From Magallana gigas (taxonomy: Eukaryota): a stretch of 64,000 nt of DNA. The stretch covers positions 51,956,001 to 52,020,000 of the forward strand of contig NC_088857.1 of NCBI RefSeq assembly GCF_963853765.1, given 5' to 3'. The position numbers and the translations under genes were made by a program. Every line of letters begins with the position of its first letter. Positions within the stretch are counted from its first letter, which is position 1. Below the pieces are notes generated by a model, which was given only the letters and a program-made list of their open reading frames with translations, had not been told where the DNA came from and ran no database searches. This document shows, in pieces, positions 35,201 to 46,161 of the stretch.

Positions 35201-38200
35201 CCTCGGTATTGCTGATTTGTAGAAATCACAAGGTCTTAGTGGAGAAAGAGAAACATGTGACCAGGTTCATTTCCCTTGCCAAAGTAAACAACTCTCAGAA
35301 GAAAAAAGTAAGCATTTCCTGTGAAAAGTTATTTCTCGGTTTATAAAAGTAAATCACTGACTTGTTTCAATATTAATTTTTTTTTCATAACTTACCGGTA
35401 CTTATTGTGTATATGTATGAAATTCAAAACAAATCTAATGCAGTTAAAGAAAAAAATTATAAAAACAGACAGAATTTAAGTTGTTAGATATTATTTTTAC
35501 ATTACTTTATTACTGTTATAGAGAAAATCCTTCATTCATCGCACTTCATTATAAGTTTTTTTTACTGAATATTGTGGCTGTATACCAGCAATTATATACA
35601 AGTATTTCCTGACTTTCTTCTTTGCAGTATTTATATGCTTTCAATATCATTCCACTTTGCAACATGGATGAGGCGGAATTAACCAAACAGCCAAGTGATG
35701 TAACAGAGTGTCCATATAAAAAAGGGTCGTTTAACCATCCTGACAAGGTGATTGTTTGTGTACAAGTCAATTAGACACACAGTACCAGTCTGTTGTTTAT
35801 GTTTTACTGGACGATTTGTAATACATGTATCTGCTTATTATTGTTAAACTTTAATGTTCTTCCTTTAATTACTATTTCTTAAAGCTTAATGATGCACCAT
35901 TGACAAAATACATTACCTTCCCGCTTATGCAGAGGAATACAAGATTTGTAGAATCAGAATAAAGTCTGAATGCATTCACACACATTTTTGATTTTATTAT
36001 ACCCCGTTCCCTGCAAACAAGTTAGGGGGTATATAGGAATCACCTTGTTCATCTGTCTGTCCGTCTATCTGTCTGTGCAATGGTGTCTGGTCCTGATCCG
36101 TATTTTTGTCATGGAGGAACATTGGAAATAACTACTTCACACGAAGACTGCTTATGACTTGAGGGTGTGTCATGATTTTGAACCAAGGTTATTTAGGCAA
36201 GTTGAAGGTCACTGGAAGAAAAAGTTCATAATCTGTGTCTGCTCTACACCTTTCTAATGAAGAAACATTGGAAGTTTCTATTTCATATAAAGATTGCTGA
36301 TGACCTGAGGGTGCGTCATAATTTTGAGCCGAAGTCATTTGTACAACTTCAAGGTCATTTTAGAAAAAAATGCATAATACCTGTTTAGACTTATCTTGTA
36401 ATGAAAAATGATAAGAAGGCAAAACTTGATACAAATATTGCCTGTGACCTGAAAATATGTCCTGACCTTGAGATGAGATCATTTTTGCAAGTTCAAGGAC
36501 ACTATGAAAAAAAAAATGGTGAATCATTACTTTCCAATATAGAAATACTTGCATTATTATATTTTCATAGCAGGAGGATCTGCTTGCTAACAGTATATCT
36601 AAAAAATACATGTAATCAGGATTGTACACAATTTTATCTGTTTTTCATGTTTTCCAGGATGAGCCTGCTCAGTTTTTCTATGATACCAATACTACAGAAA
36701 AAGGGAAAAAGAGGAAGAGAGAAGATAAGAGAGAACAAAAAAAGCACCGTATGTATTTTACCCCAGTGTAAATAGTACATACCTCTCTTAAATATATATA
36801 AAGTACAAACAGGTGTTCAAGTAGCGTAGTGGACAATGCACTCGCTTGTCACCGCTGCGACCCGAGTTCGATCTCCGTGATCGACAGTGGTTGTATGTGA
36901 TAGGGTATGGCGGTTGCCCGCTTGGACACATGGGTTCTCGTGGCTTCTTCTCACACCAATGACCCCCTCGCGCTAACATACGTGCCAACGAGAGATACTA
37001 ATAAAGTTGTAGAACTTGTTTATCAATCGTTGTAAAATAAATAAAGTTCATTTTAAAAAAAACCCAAAAAACATGTACTTATTAAGTTTGATTGGGAACT
37101 GAAGGTAAATGTTTTGAATTTTTTACTTGCATAAGTATGTACATGGATTACATAAATATAACACTGCTGTTTGTTATAGCCCGCCCGTCCGGACCCTGCT
37201 GGTTTTGTCTTGGATCCCCTGAGGTAGAGAAACACCTTGTGGTCAGTGTAGGGACTGAGGTAAAAGATCTGATCTCCTGGTACATTAAATTGTTATAGAC
37301 AACAGTTACTCTCTTTACATGTACATTAACCTAAAATTTTGTACTGTTCTTAAATATAGTATCTCTCTTCACATCGTTATATTTTTTTGGAAGTTAAATT
37401 TCATGTATAATCTTTTAAATTTTCAAGCATTTTCATAAAATTGCACTAGTGACAGATTTTGTCTTTAAAATATTTTACCCATTTGACTTCAGGTTTCTAA
37501 ATTGTTATTTTGATATATTTTCATTATACATTTAACAGTGATATCCTGTATAACTGACCGTCCATACCTACTGATTCTGTTGTAGTGTTACCTGGCCCTG
37601 GCTAAGGGTGGCCTAGTGCCAGACCACGCCCTAATTCTGCCAATCGGTCACCACCAATCAATGGTCCTCGCCCCTGATGGTGTCCGAGAGGAAATCGACA
37701 AGTATCTTTTGTTCAGAAACCATTATACTATATCACAAGAAACTTTGTAACATTGAATATTTGTTCCTCTCATTATATCTGGTACATGTATTTGATCTCC
37801 TTCACCTGAGAGTTTGGACCTTAATTTGATCAATGATACAAAAAAGCTCTGATTGAACTCTACAAGCAGAACAATAAAAGTGTCATATTTTTTGAGAGAA
37901 ATTATAAGACTCAGCATCTTCAGATACAGGTAAGTGGAAATCGGGTACAAGTCACCAGATTAAAACAGGTACAGGTTACCTGATTAAAACAGGTACAAGT
38001 TACCTGATTGCTGTTTCATAAAAACAATTCAACCATTTACTTTCGTTCCTTATAATGCTATATCATTCTCATCAATCTAAAGTTTTCCAAAGATTCAAAT
38101 ATTTCTAGACATACATACTCTATTAAAGCGAGTTTCATTGTTATATAAACTTAATGCAGGCAGTGCCATTCCCGGATGACAGAAAGCAAGAAGCTAAAGA

Positions 38201-39045
38201 TAGCTTTATGGAATGTGCAGAGGCTGAATCTATAACACTAGATGAAATTCCTAAACACTCTGATCTCAAGCAGGTATAAAATTTCATTCAAATTGTTAAA
38301 ATTGTAAAAAAAAAAAAAAATTGGGGTGTATCAAATATAGTCATTAAATCATTACCCCTTGAAGCCAAGGTTTCCAGAGTGTAGAAAATAGAAAAGGATT
38401 TATTTTAACAAAAAATCAACCAGAAACCTTTCCTAAGGTTAAATGTAGCTCATAGACCCCTTGAATTTCTTGTTTTCCTAAGTGGTTGAGCTGAAATACA
38501 CACCATTAATAGCCTGCTGCTCCTGTTACTTTAGATCGTTCCTGTTGGGGCACCTTATTTTTATGCAGAACTTCCCATAGGGGAAAAATTGCTGCATAGG
38601 ATCTCCAAAAATTTTCCTCTCCAGTTTGGCAGGTAACATAATTATAATTAGGATAAACACCTGTAATGATGGGTGTTATCATGTTTTTTGTATTTCAGTT
38701 ATATGAATGTAATTTGCAAAGAAAGATTCAAGTTTAAAAAATAAGATTATGGTATATTTAATACAAAAAATATATTATCATGGTGCTACTGTCTTTAGAG
38801 TGGTCATTGATTTCAAGGGATGTTTGTAATTGGCCTCTTAATACACTGTATAGGTTTCTTTGATTCAGAAAGTATTTCTCTTGATAATTTTGTTTCTCTA
38901 CAGAGAGGTTCTGGCCAGCGTCCAACTGCTGAACATGCCAGAGCGCGTGGACTGGAAGGCTTGTAAAATAAATCGGCAGGAGGAGGAGACACATGCTGAG
39001 GATTTTAGGAGGCAGTTCGAACAGTTTGATTTTACTTTGGAATAA
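32232..39045 (+). CDS. CWF19L1: CWF19-like protein 1 (Drn1 ortholog; spliceosome/debranching-associated), 517 aa, 15 exons
   Basis: Exons 32232-32254, 32772-32856, 33030-33105, 33513-33617, 34056-34264, 34885-35000, 35223-35307, 35628-35747, 36658-36748, 37180-37259, 37586-37701, 37836-37929, 38160-38273, 38535-38632, 38904-39045 (1554 nt). Motifs [50 protein letters not shown] and FPLQFGREVLA. Intron 11 needs a non-canonical TG acceptor. Confidence 0.96.
34610..34870. repeat. Degenerate ~50-bp tandem repeat just upstream of CWF19L1 exon 6
   Basis: Recurrent tcagtga(c/g)t(g/c)atatt...gatatatat...gtacactgtatataat units. Confidence 0.6.
35997..36600 (+). mobile_element. Helentron-associated (HINE / pearl-like) element with three ~145-bp core repeats
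   Basis: 5' ttatacccc...gggggtata subterminal IR, (GTCT)n-like tract, and tgac(t/c)tga... units at 36155, 36301 and 36445. Confidence 0.7.
36812..37060 (+). mobile_element. tRNA-derived SINE, probably full length
   Basis: A box TAGCGTAGTGG (36822), B box GAGTTCGATCT (36864), GC-rich central domain, and an A-rich tail with aataaa. Confidence 0.75.
37702..37835 (+). other. U12-type (minor) intron of CWF19L1 with apparent GT-TG termini
   Basis: Donor GTATCTTTT. Branch-like ACCTTAAT with its A at -12. The only frame-preserving 3' junction is caaTG|A TAC AAA. Confidence 0.7.
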
Positions 39046-39900
39046 AAACAGCAAGTGATCAGTTTTAGTGGAGAGTGTCAAAACTTTAAAAATATGTGTG
39101 CAATAGTTTGAGGAACTGGAACACTCTGTTATATCTGACCTGACAGCATGAAATGTATGATAAATTTGGTCTGTGTGTCTTGGAGGTTGTATTTTAGCAA
39201 AGAATCATTGAATATGTCTTGAGAAACATGTTTTTACCAGTAAGTGGTAATGAAATATTTAAAATGAAATATTCAAATGAAAAATATCTCCATTTAATAT
39301 AACAGAATATTTTTGTTAAATTGTATTCAGTTTTGTTGCAACAAATGTGCAGCCATCTACTGAAGTTAAATTCTGTAAGACTAAGTATTCTGAAACCATG
39401 TAATAATAGATGCAAGGACGTGAATTTGTATTAAAAAGTTTTTAAAATTTTTATTCATTTAATTTGTCATTTAAAGAACATGTACTCAGTTGAGTACATT
39501 TTAATGTATATTGTTTATAAAAGAAAATGAAAGAAATTTGTAAAATAGTAACAATGATTTTATTAGTATATCCTTAATTCATCATAACAATGTAACTAAA
39601 CTTTACTTATACAAGAAATCTGCTGCTAAAGAGTGACATCTTTTTATACATGTAGATGGATTCGTACCCAAAAATAAGGAATGTACATGCAACATGTGCA
39701 AGAAATTCCTTATGAATTAGGCTATTTGTTGGATAAGAATGTATTACAATTTGCATTCCTTTAAAAAAATACTAGTATTTTTTAAGCCATATATGTTGAT
39801 CCATTAAAACTTAACTTTCAATATATTATCACCTGAGAGAAAGTAATAAACTTTCCTTAGTTACAGAAACAACCTTTTTCTACAATGAATTAAAACAGAA

Positions 39901-42900
39901 TCAGTGACCGTCTGGTGAACAGAACTTTGAATGTAAAGAGGCTAGTTCTCTCACTATCTTTTCCTCAATTTCATGGCCACTACTTAGTTCTTCAGTTGTC
40001 ATAGAAATATCTACACAATTATCTGTGGTCACCAGTTTGACCTCCCTCTTTCTCGTCTCCAGAAGGTTTGCAATCACCAGCTAAAACAGAAAAATCAGCC
40101 AACTTATTGCTGCATGCAAATCCAAAAACAGTAACCTTCAAAAATGATAATTCAATACCTCTATTACAGGTAATTACAAGGTACCAATACTTGTAACTAC
40201 TTCACTATCATAGGCGTCGAAACAGGGGGGGGGGGCTAGGGGGGGGGGCTTAGCCCCCCACTTTTTTTGCAAAGTTAAACATAACCATTAGGCACATAGC
40301 AGAATAGAGGGTTCCATACAAGTTATATATGATATGTGTAAGGTTTGAATGAAGGGATGAAGTACTTACCTGATGTTGATATTTGTCTAGTGCTTGTAGG
40401 GATTTGGACACCAAAATATCTTTATTTGTTTCCAGCTAAAATTGATAATAATACATGTACAATTAAATCATCATTATAAAAATGAGAAAATCTTTTAATC
40501 AGTTATTTTATAAGGAAGAATGGGAAAACAAACTCAAATTAACAATACAAGTACAGTATGCAGAAATGAAAAATATGCATATAAATAGAAAGGTATGTTA
40601 CTGAGAACAGAATTAGAAGTTTCTGCTTGGTGATATAAATATTATCAAAGTAATATTTGATAAGCTGACAGTCAAATCATATAAATTCTTCACTCTAGTT
40701 TTGTTAACAAATTACAAATACACATGTACAAGCATGTGAAAAATCTATCCTACTTTTAGTAGCTAAGTCCAAAGGACAAATCAATGGTTTAGAAAACAAC
40801 AATTCAATGAACCGGTATAAAGTTCATCAATTCATTATTAACATAAAATTGGCATTTTATATTCTTTACAATTATGTTGAGTGGTTCCTTACTTTAAAAG
40901 ACACGACAAAAGCTTCTGGCACCCACTCTTTCACCAAGGGTTCCAGCATTTTAGGGACAAGTTGTAGAGAGAGCTGTAACGGACCCTCTGCTGACTGGAT
41001 TTTATGCTCAGGCTGTAAACACAAACAAAAATATCTCCATATGCCATATACAGTAAATATATCTACAAAATACCTATAATATACCTACAAAATCAAAAAT
41101 ACCTGTTGGGTAATACACATAAACATGTATTTTCTCTTGATGTTGAAAATATAAAAAATTGATGTACCGGTAAACATGAAGACACATTGTAAACAAGTCA
41201 GATATTGTCATTATCTGAATGTTTTAAAGAAGTCATTGAGCAATAAAAATGTTAAAATTATTACCTTGCACCATTATATGAATAGTGCCTGTTTGGGAGG
41301 GTAACAGTTGAAATTGACACCCCGAGAAAACCATTGTCAACCGACGCAAAGCGGAGGTTGACAATAGTTTTCGAGGGGTGTCAATTTCAACTGTTATCCT
41401 CCCAAACAGGCACTATTTATTTTATTATACTGAATGTCTTAATTTTAGAGATTTTTTTACTGATTTTATATAGAAATGACGTGAATTTCACGGCGAACCA
41501 TACGCGCATAATTTACGCGCATGTAACAATTCGTTGTGTTACCCCTTGCTAAGTGTGTTGCTTACGCTGAGGGTAATAGAACGGATTATCAATTGCGTCT
41601 AAACCAATCAGATTTCAGTATTTAACATGAAAGTATAATAATATAAGAGATTAAAGTTTTACATTTGTATTTATTTTGACATCTCAAAAAAAGGCGTTGT
41701 CAAAAACCATGGTTACCATTTGATCCTTTGGGATGTAGAAATCTGCGACAGCAGCTGCTAGATACAACATGGCGGATTTTCCGAGGCCTTGTAGACAGGT
41801 AGAACACATTTGTAGCAGGTGTAAATACTCAGACAATGACTGGAACTCCACCCACAGCAGGGAGCGATCGCGCTGGACTTGTTCATAATCACGCAGAATG
41901 GAGGAAAGCCTTTTTTGGTGCTCTGATTTCACTTTACATGTAATTATTTAAAAAAAAACAGAGTCAGTAAAGGTTTATTGTTCATTATTACTATAACTTG
42001 CTTATTGAAAATCACAATTCAACTCTTCTGATTCTCACATTAAACATTGTCACTCCATTTTTTAAAATGCATGATTCAGTATTGTTTTCTTTACATAAAA
42101 GAAATTATGAGGTCTAAAATTGGATGAAAGATGATAATATCTCTACCTAACAACATATAATTTACACTAACTTGTTACTATGCTAAGATTTTGTACCTTT
42201 CACTGGTGCATCTTGGTTTTCACCATCCAACTCCAACAAATCAAGGAAGTTGTATGTCGACAAATGGCGTAGAAAGGGCTTCAAAGATCTGTTTCTGTGG
42301 AGAAATACCACAGCATAACCTTTCTTCAGAAAATATCAACAAAATGTCAAGGACTTTATTATCTGGCAAAGTTTTCATACCTTCACAAAAATGGATTATT
42401 TGCAGTATCATTTATCCCCACTCGATCAAAGATTATAAAGATTGGTCATGTTGGTAAAAATGTGCTTAAGTATAGTAAAAACCATGAAAAATTCGATTAA
42501 TGGTATATGTATAGAGAAATAAAAAGAGCATAGTGATGTCAACATTGAGGTAAGGTTTGCGGTTACAGGGAGATAACTCACACATTTTCATTGTGACGTA
42601 ACACCAACTACCCTTTATTTCAGTTATGACGTCAAAATTTATATGACGTCATAGTTGATTTTAGGTTTTTTTTATTTCGCGGGGTTTTTTAGTTTCAATG
42701 AAAAAAATAAGAGGACACAAGCATTTTATCAATTTCCACGAAAACGAAATCTGCATCATATGGTTTTGAATAGTGTTTTAGAAACATCAGATTACACATA
42801 TTCTAAGATACGTTTTTCCTGAAATCGGTGGACTTGGAAAGGTTTCAAATACGATGTTTTCGTTTACATAATAGTAGTCCAAAATTAAGACTTTTGTTGC

Positions 42901-44128
42901 ATTTTATTCTATTTTTAGATAGTTCATCAGAAATTAATAAAAGTGAATCATGATATTAATAGTGATATTATTTTCGAACATTTTAAGCATAAATAACCCC
43001 CATAATAGTCACATATAAAATGTGCATATTTTCACGAAATTGTTTACATTTCATCAAAATGAAAATTGGAAATCATGAACTTTGACCTTTTGTAGTTATA
43101 AAACGGGACGGGCAAAATTCATTTGAATTTCATGAGAAAAAATACTTTAGTATAGTGAACAAAATGGTATGTAACTTTGGTACAACCTCTAAAAAATGCA
43201 AGCCCCAAACCTTACCTTAAAATATGACATCATGAAAATCTCCCAACTTAAATTTAATAAGACAGTAATTTTGGGCAAATTGCAAGTTTAAAGTTTTCCA
43301 TTTTTTGGTTAAAATATTCAGTTATTGCATGATGCTGAGGGAGATGGATGTATGAATTAAGATTAAATTAAGCTACGCTGTATTCTTCCGAGAAAAATCA
43401 TATTTCTGAATGCATTGCCCAAGGGAATTACCGTAAAGCTTTTAGAGCTAGATATCTAAATCAAGAGATTGTGTCTTCCAGGTATGAAATTTCTGTTGAA
43501 AACTGTTTCTAAAATGGGATATAACACATGCACATGATAGGTGGACACCTAGTACTATACTCCCTTTTTGATATATTCTCTTTTTTGGGCATGTGTGGAT
43601 TTCCTGTCTATTGCATAGTATTTCAGATGTATTTATTTTACAACTTTGTAACGTTTTTGATGTAGGCTTCCTACCCCAATTATGAAACTTTATTTGGGCG
43701 GATGGTCCTGTTAAAAATAAATGGGTCGAAACGTCACGGTACCGTGTGATCACAGGTTTCACTTTCATATTTCAGGATTCTTGTGCATGTTTTCGATTTC
43801 GAACTATAAAAAGGATACTCGGTAGATGCAGCTCCTCTGGATCCAACGCTGAAATTATCAATGAAACGCACAGTCTTACTCTCTAACGGAACCGTGGTAC
43901 CGCCACTCTGAAAATAACCTTCAGTCATACAGAAAGTGAAAGTAGACCGGATCACAAAATAATCATCATACTCTTGATAACCATTGTTCACCTTTGTAAT
44001 ATACTCACTGTTACTAACACCACTTTTCTGTCTACTTGTTTTTGTTGTTCTATAAAATCTAATATTTCTGATCTCTTCTCGTCCAATCTCTCAGGTTTCG
44101 ATGTTTGATTAAGAAATGCCGCCGCCAT
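39901..44128 (-). CDS. PPCS: Phosphopantothenate--cysteine ligase, 309 aa, 7 exons
   Basis: Exons (-): 44128-44009, 43907-43819, 42336-42197, 41931-41717, 41012-40893, 40435-40370, 40080-39901 (930 nt). Motifs [54 protein letters not shown] and VSFKLET. Intron 2 needs a non-canonical TG acceptor. Confidence 0.96.
41278..41640. mobile_element. Unclassified non-autonomous element with a 143-bp palindrome
   Basis: Arms of about 65 bp at 41278-41342 and 41356-41420 around gacgcaaagcgga, followed by a segment bounded by tattatac ... gtataata. Confidence 0.6.
42337..43818 (-). other. U12-type (minor) intron of PPCS with apparent GT-TG termini
   Basis: Perfect minor donor GTATCCTTT (43818 downward). 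Branch point GTCCTTGAC (42354-42346) with its A at -11. The only frame-preserving junction is ttgtTG|A TAT TTT CTG. Confidence 0.82.
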
Positions 44129-44357
44129 TATAATCTGTCAGTCCCTCGCTAAATTTCACTGCACTTCGCCCCCCGTAAAATCCGGTCTGGTGCTTGAATG
44201 CATGTGATGAATCAAACCTAAAGTATTCTATTAAATTCTATTCAAACCATGGATACACTCATTTAATTAAATGAAATGAACAAATCAAGTTTTCCACTAA
44301 CTTCAATTTCACTGTTCATTTCCTTATTTTTAATTCAATTTTTTACATGGTCCCATA

Positions 44358-44388
<31 letters not shown>

Positions 44389-44827
44389 GGGGGGGGGGCT
44401 CCATGTTCATTTAAGGAAAAAAACTTTGCTACGCAAAAAAGTGGGGTGGGGGCAGCCCCCCGGCCACCCTGATGCTACGTGCCTGACGTGTAACTTTTTT
44501 GGGGTTTTCGCAAATGGACACGATCACTTAAATTTATAGCTCATGATATTTATACATGTAAGTTAATGACCTACCTACACATGTATATAAATTCCGAGTG
44601 TTCATGAAGTTGCTTCTTTGTCGAAAACGACATATAATTTCACTTGGGAGAGAGTTGCAGTGGATGGAATTTGACTCATTGTCTGGAGACGTTCATTTGC
44701 GTTGGTTTTTCAATATCTCACGATAGTAATTTTTTATTTCCCAAAAGTGAGAAATGTATCTATTTTTTTACATACTAAAAAGTAATTTTTAGAATTTATA
44801 ATCAGGATCACATTAATTAGCTTTTAA

Positions 44828-44838
<11 letters not shown>

Positions 44839-44882
<44 letters not shown>
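44839..44882. repeat. (TC)n microsatellite
   Basis: Seen directly. Confidence 0.95.
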
Positions 44883-44885
<3 letters not shown>

Positions 44886-46161
44886 GAACAGACGACCAGC
44901 TTTCTTAAAAACTCAAAATTTGTAAAACAGATTAATACATACTCCTTTCAGATAAAAGCAGTAAATTTAAATGTTATGAAATTTTATCTAAAGAACAAAT
45001 CAATAGGTTTGCACGGCTTCTTATTCGCCCTTTTTCTTTATAACATGGATTAACTTAAAACGGAATAATCCACGCTCCCTTGTCAGATAAAAAAAGGTGT
45101 GCAAGTTGAAATCATGGATTCGTCCTTATATTCATACTGCGTCCAGCTGTTTTGCTAATATAGAGTATATCGTTGAAGAGAATTAAAATAGCATATTCAT
45201 GAACATATAGTAATTCAGTGCAGATGTTTAAAAAAAATCACACGCTATAATAAAAAAAATACTCATCAAAAGGACACTGATCATTATCAACGATAAAAAC
45301 AAAGCTGAACTTCCGAGGAAGAGCTTGGGGTGAAGAAGAAGATGTTGAGATTTCAGATGGGTCTATATAATCTGTTGTGTGGTCATTAAGTTTATATATG
45401 TAATAATTGCAAAGTTATAATTAACTTACATTAATTGTGTGGTTTTCACTTTTCAAAGAAGTATTTTCATAAATCAAAGCTGATGGTTGACTGGTATTTA
45501 TCTCTTGGAATAAAAAAATACAAAAAAAAAAAACAACCCCAAAACCCCCCAAACAAACAAACAAACAAGAGACAATGGAAGAAAACAACAACAAAATATT
45601 CTCCTTACTAGTCGAGTCGAATTTAATTTCAGATTGATTAAGCTTAAGGTTATCAATTTCGCACACTCATATATTTCTTACGTGTAGTTTTTCAAATGTA
45701 ATTTTTTTCTTATATCAATTTTTAAAAAAAAACCCAACAATTCATAGAATAAGATTATTACTCTATCCTTGAATATGCATTTTTCCCATGTCATCATATA
45801 TTAATTGTTATTTCATGGTCAAGCATGTTTGAAATTCCATGTCACTTTTTTATTGAAACTTTTTATTGTAAATTGTACGCATACCAATTAACTATAAAAT
45901 CGTTGACATTTCACCTTGTTTACGTATAGTATAGCGAGTACTGGCCCGGTCTCGTCCCTTGGGGTAGATCTTCAACTCGATATCCAAACGATAAATTCCC
46001 GCCCGCGGAATGACGTCTGCGATGATTTCCCGCGATAAACTGACAACCCACCAGACTGTTTGTTTACCATTACCATTTTTTACACAACCGACCGTCGCCT
46101 TTTAAAAAAACCCAACATAAAGTCAACACCAGTACATCGCGCGGGCTTTGATTTCTATACG

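Noticed and set aside
36401-36775. 124-aa ORF in CWF19L1 intron 8
   Set aside because: It is mostly Helentron-type core repeat sequence running out of frame into exon 9.
37809-37869. Canonical AG acceptors for CWF19L1 intron 11
   Set aside because: 37810 gives an in-frame TGA, 37812 shifts the frame, and 37866 and 37869 are phase 0 while the donor is phase 2.
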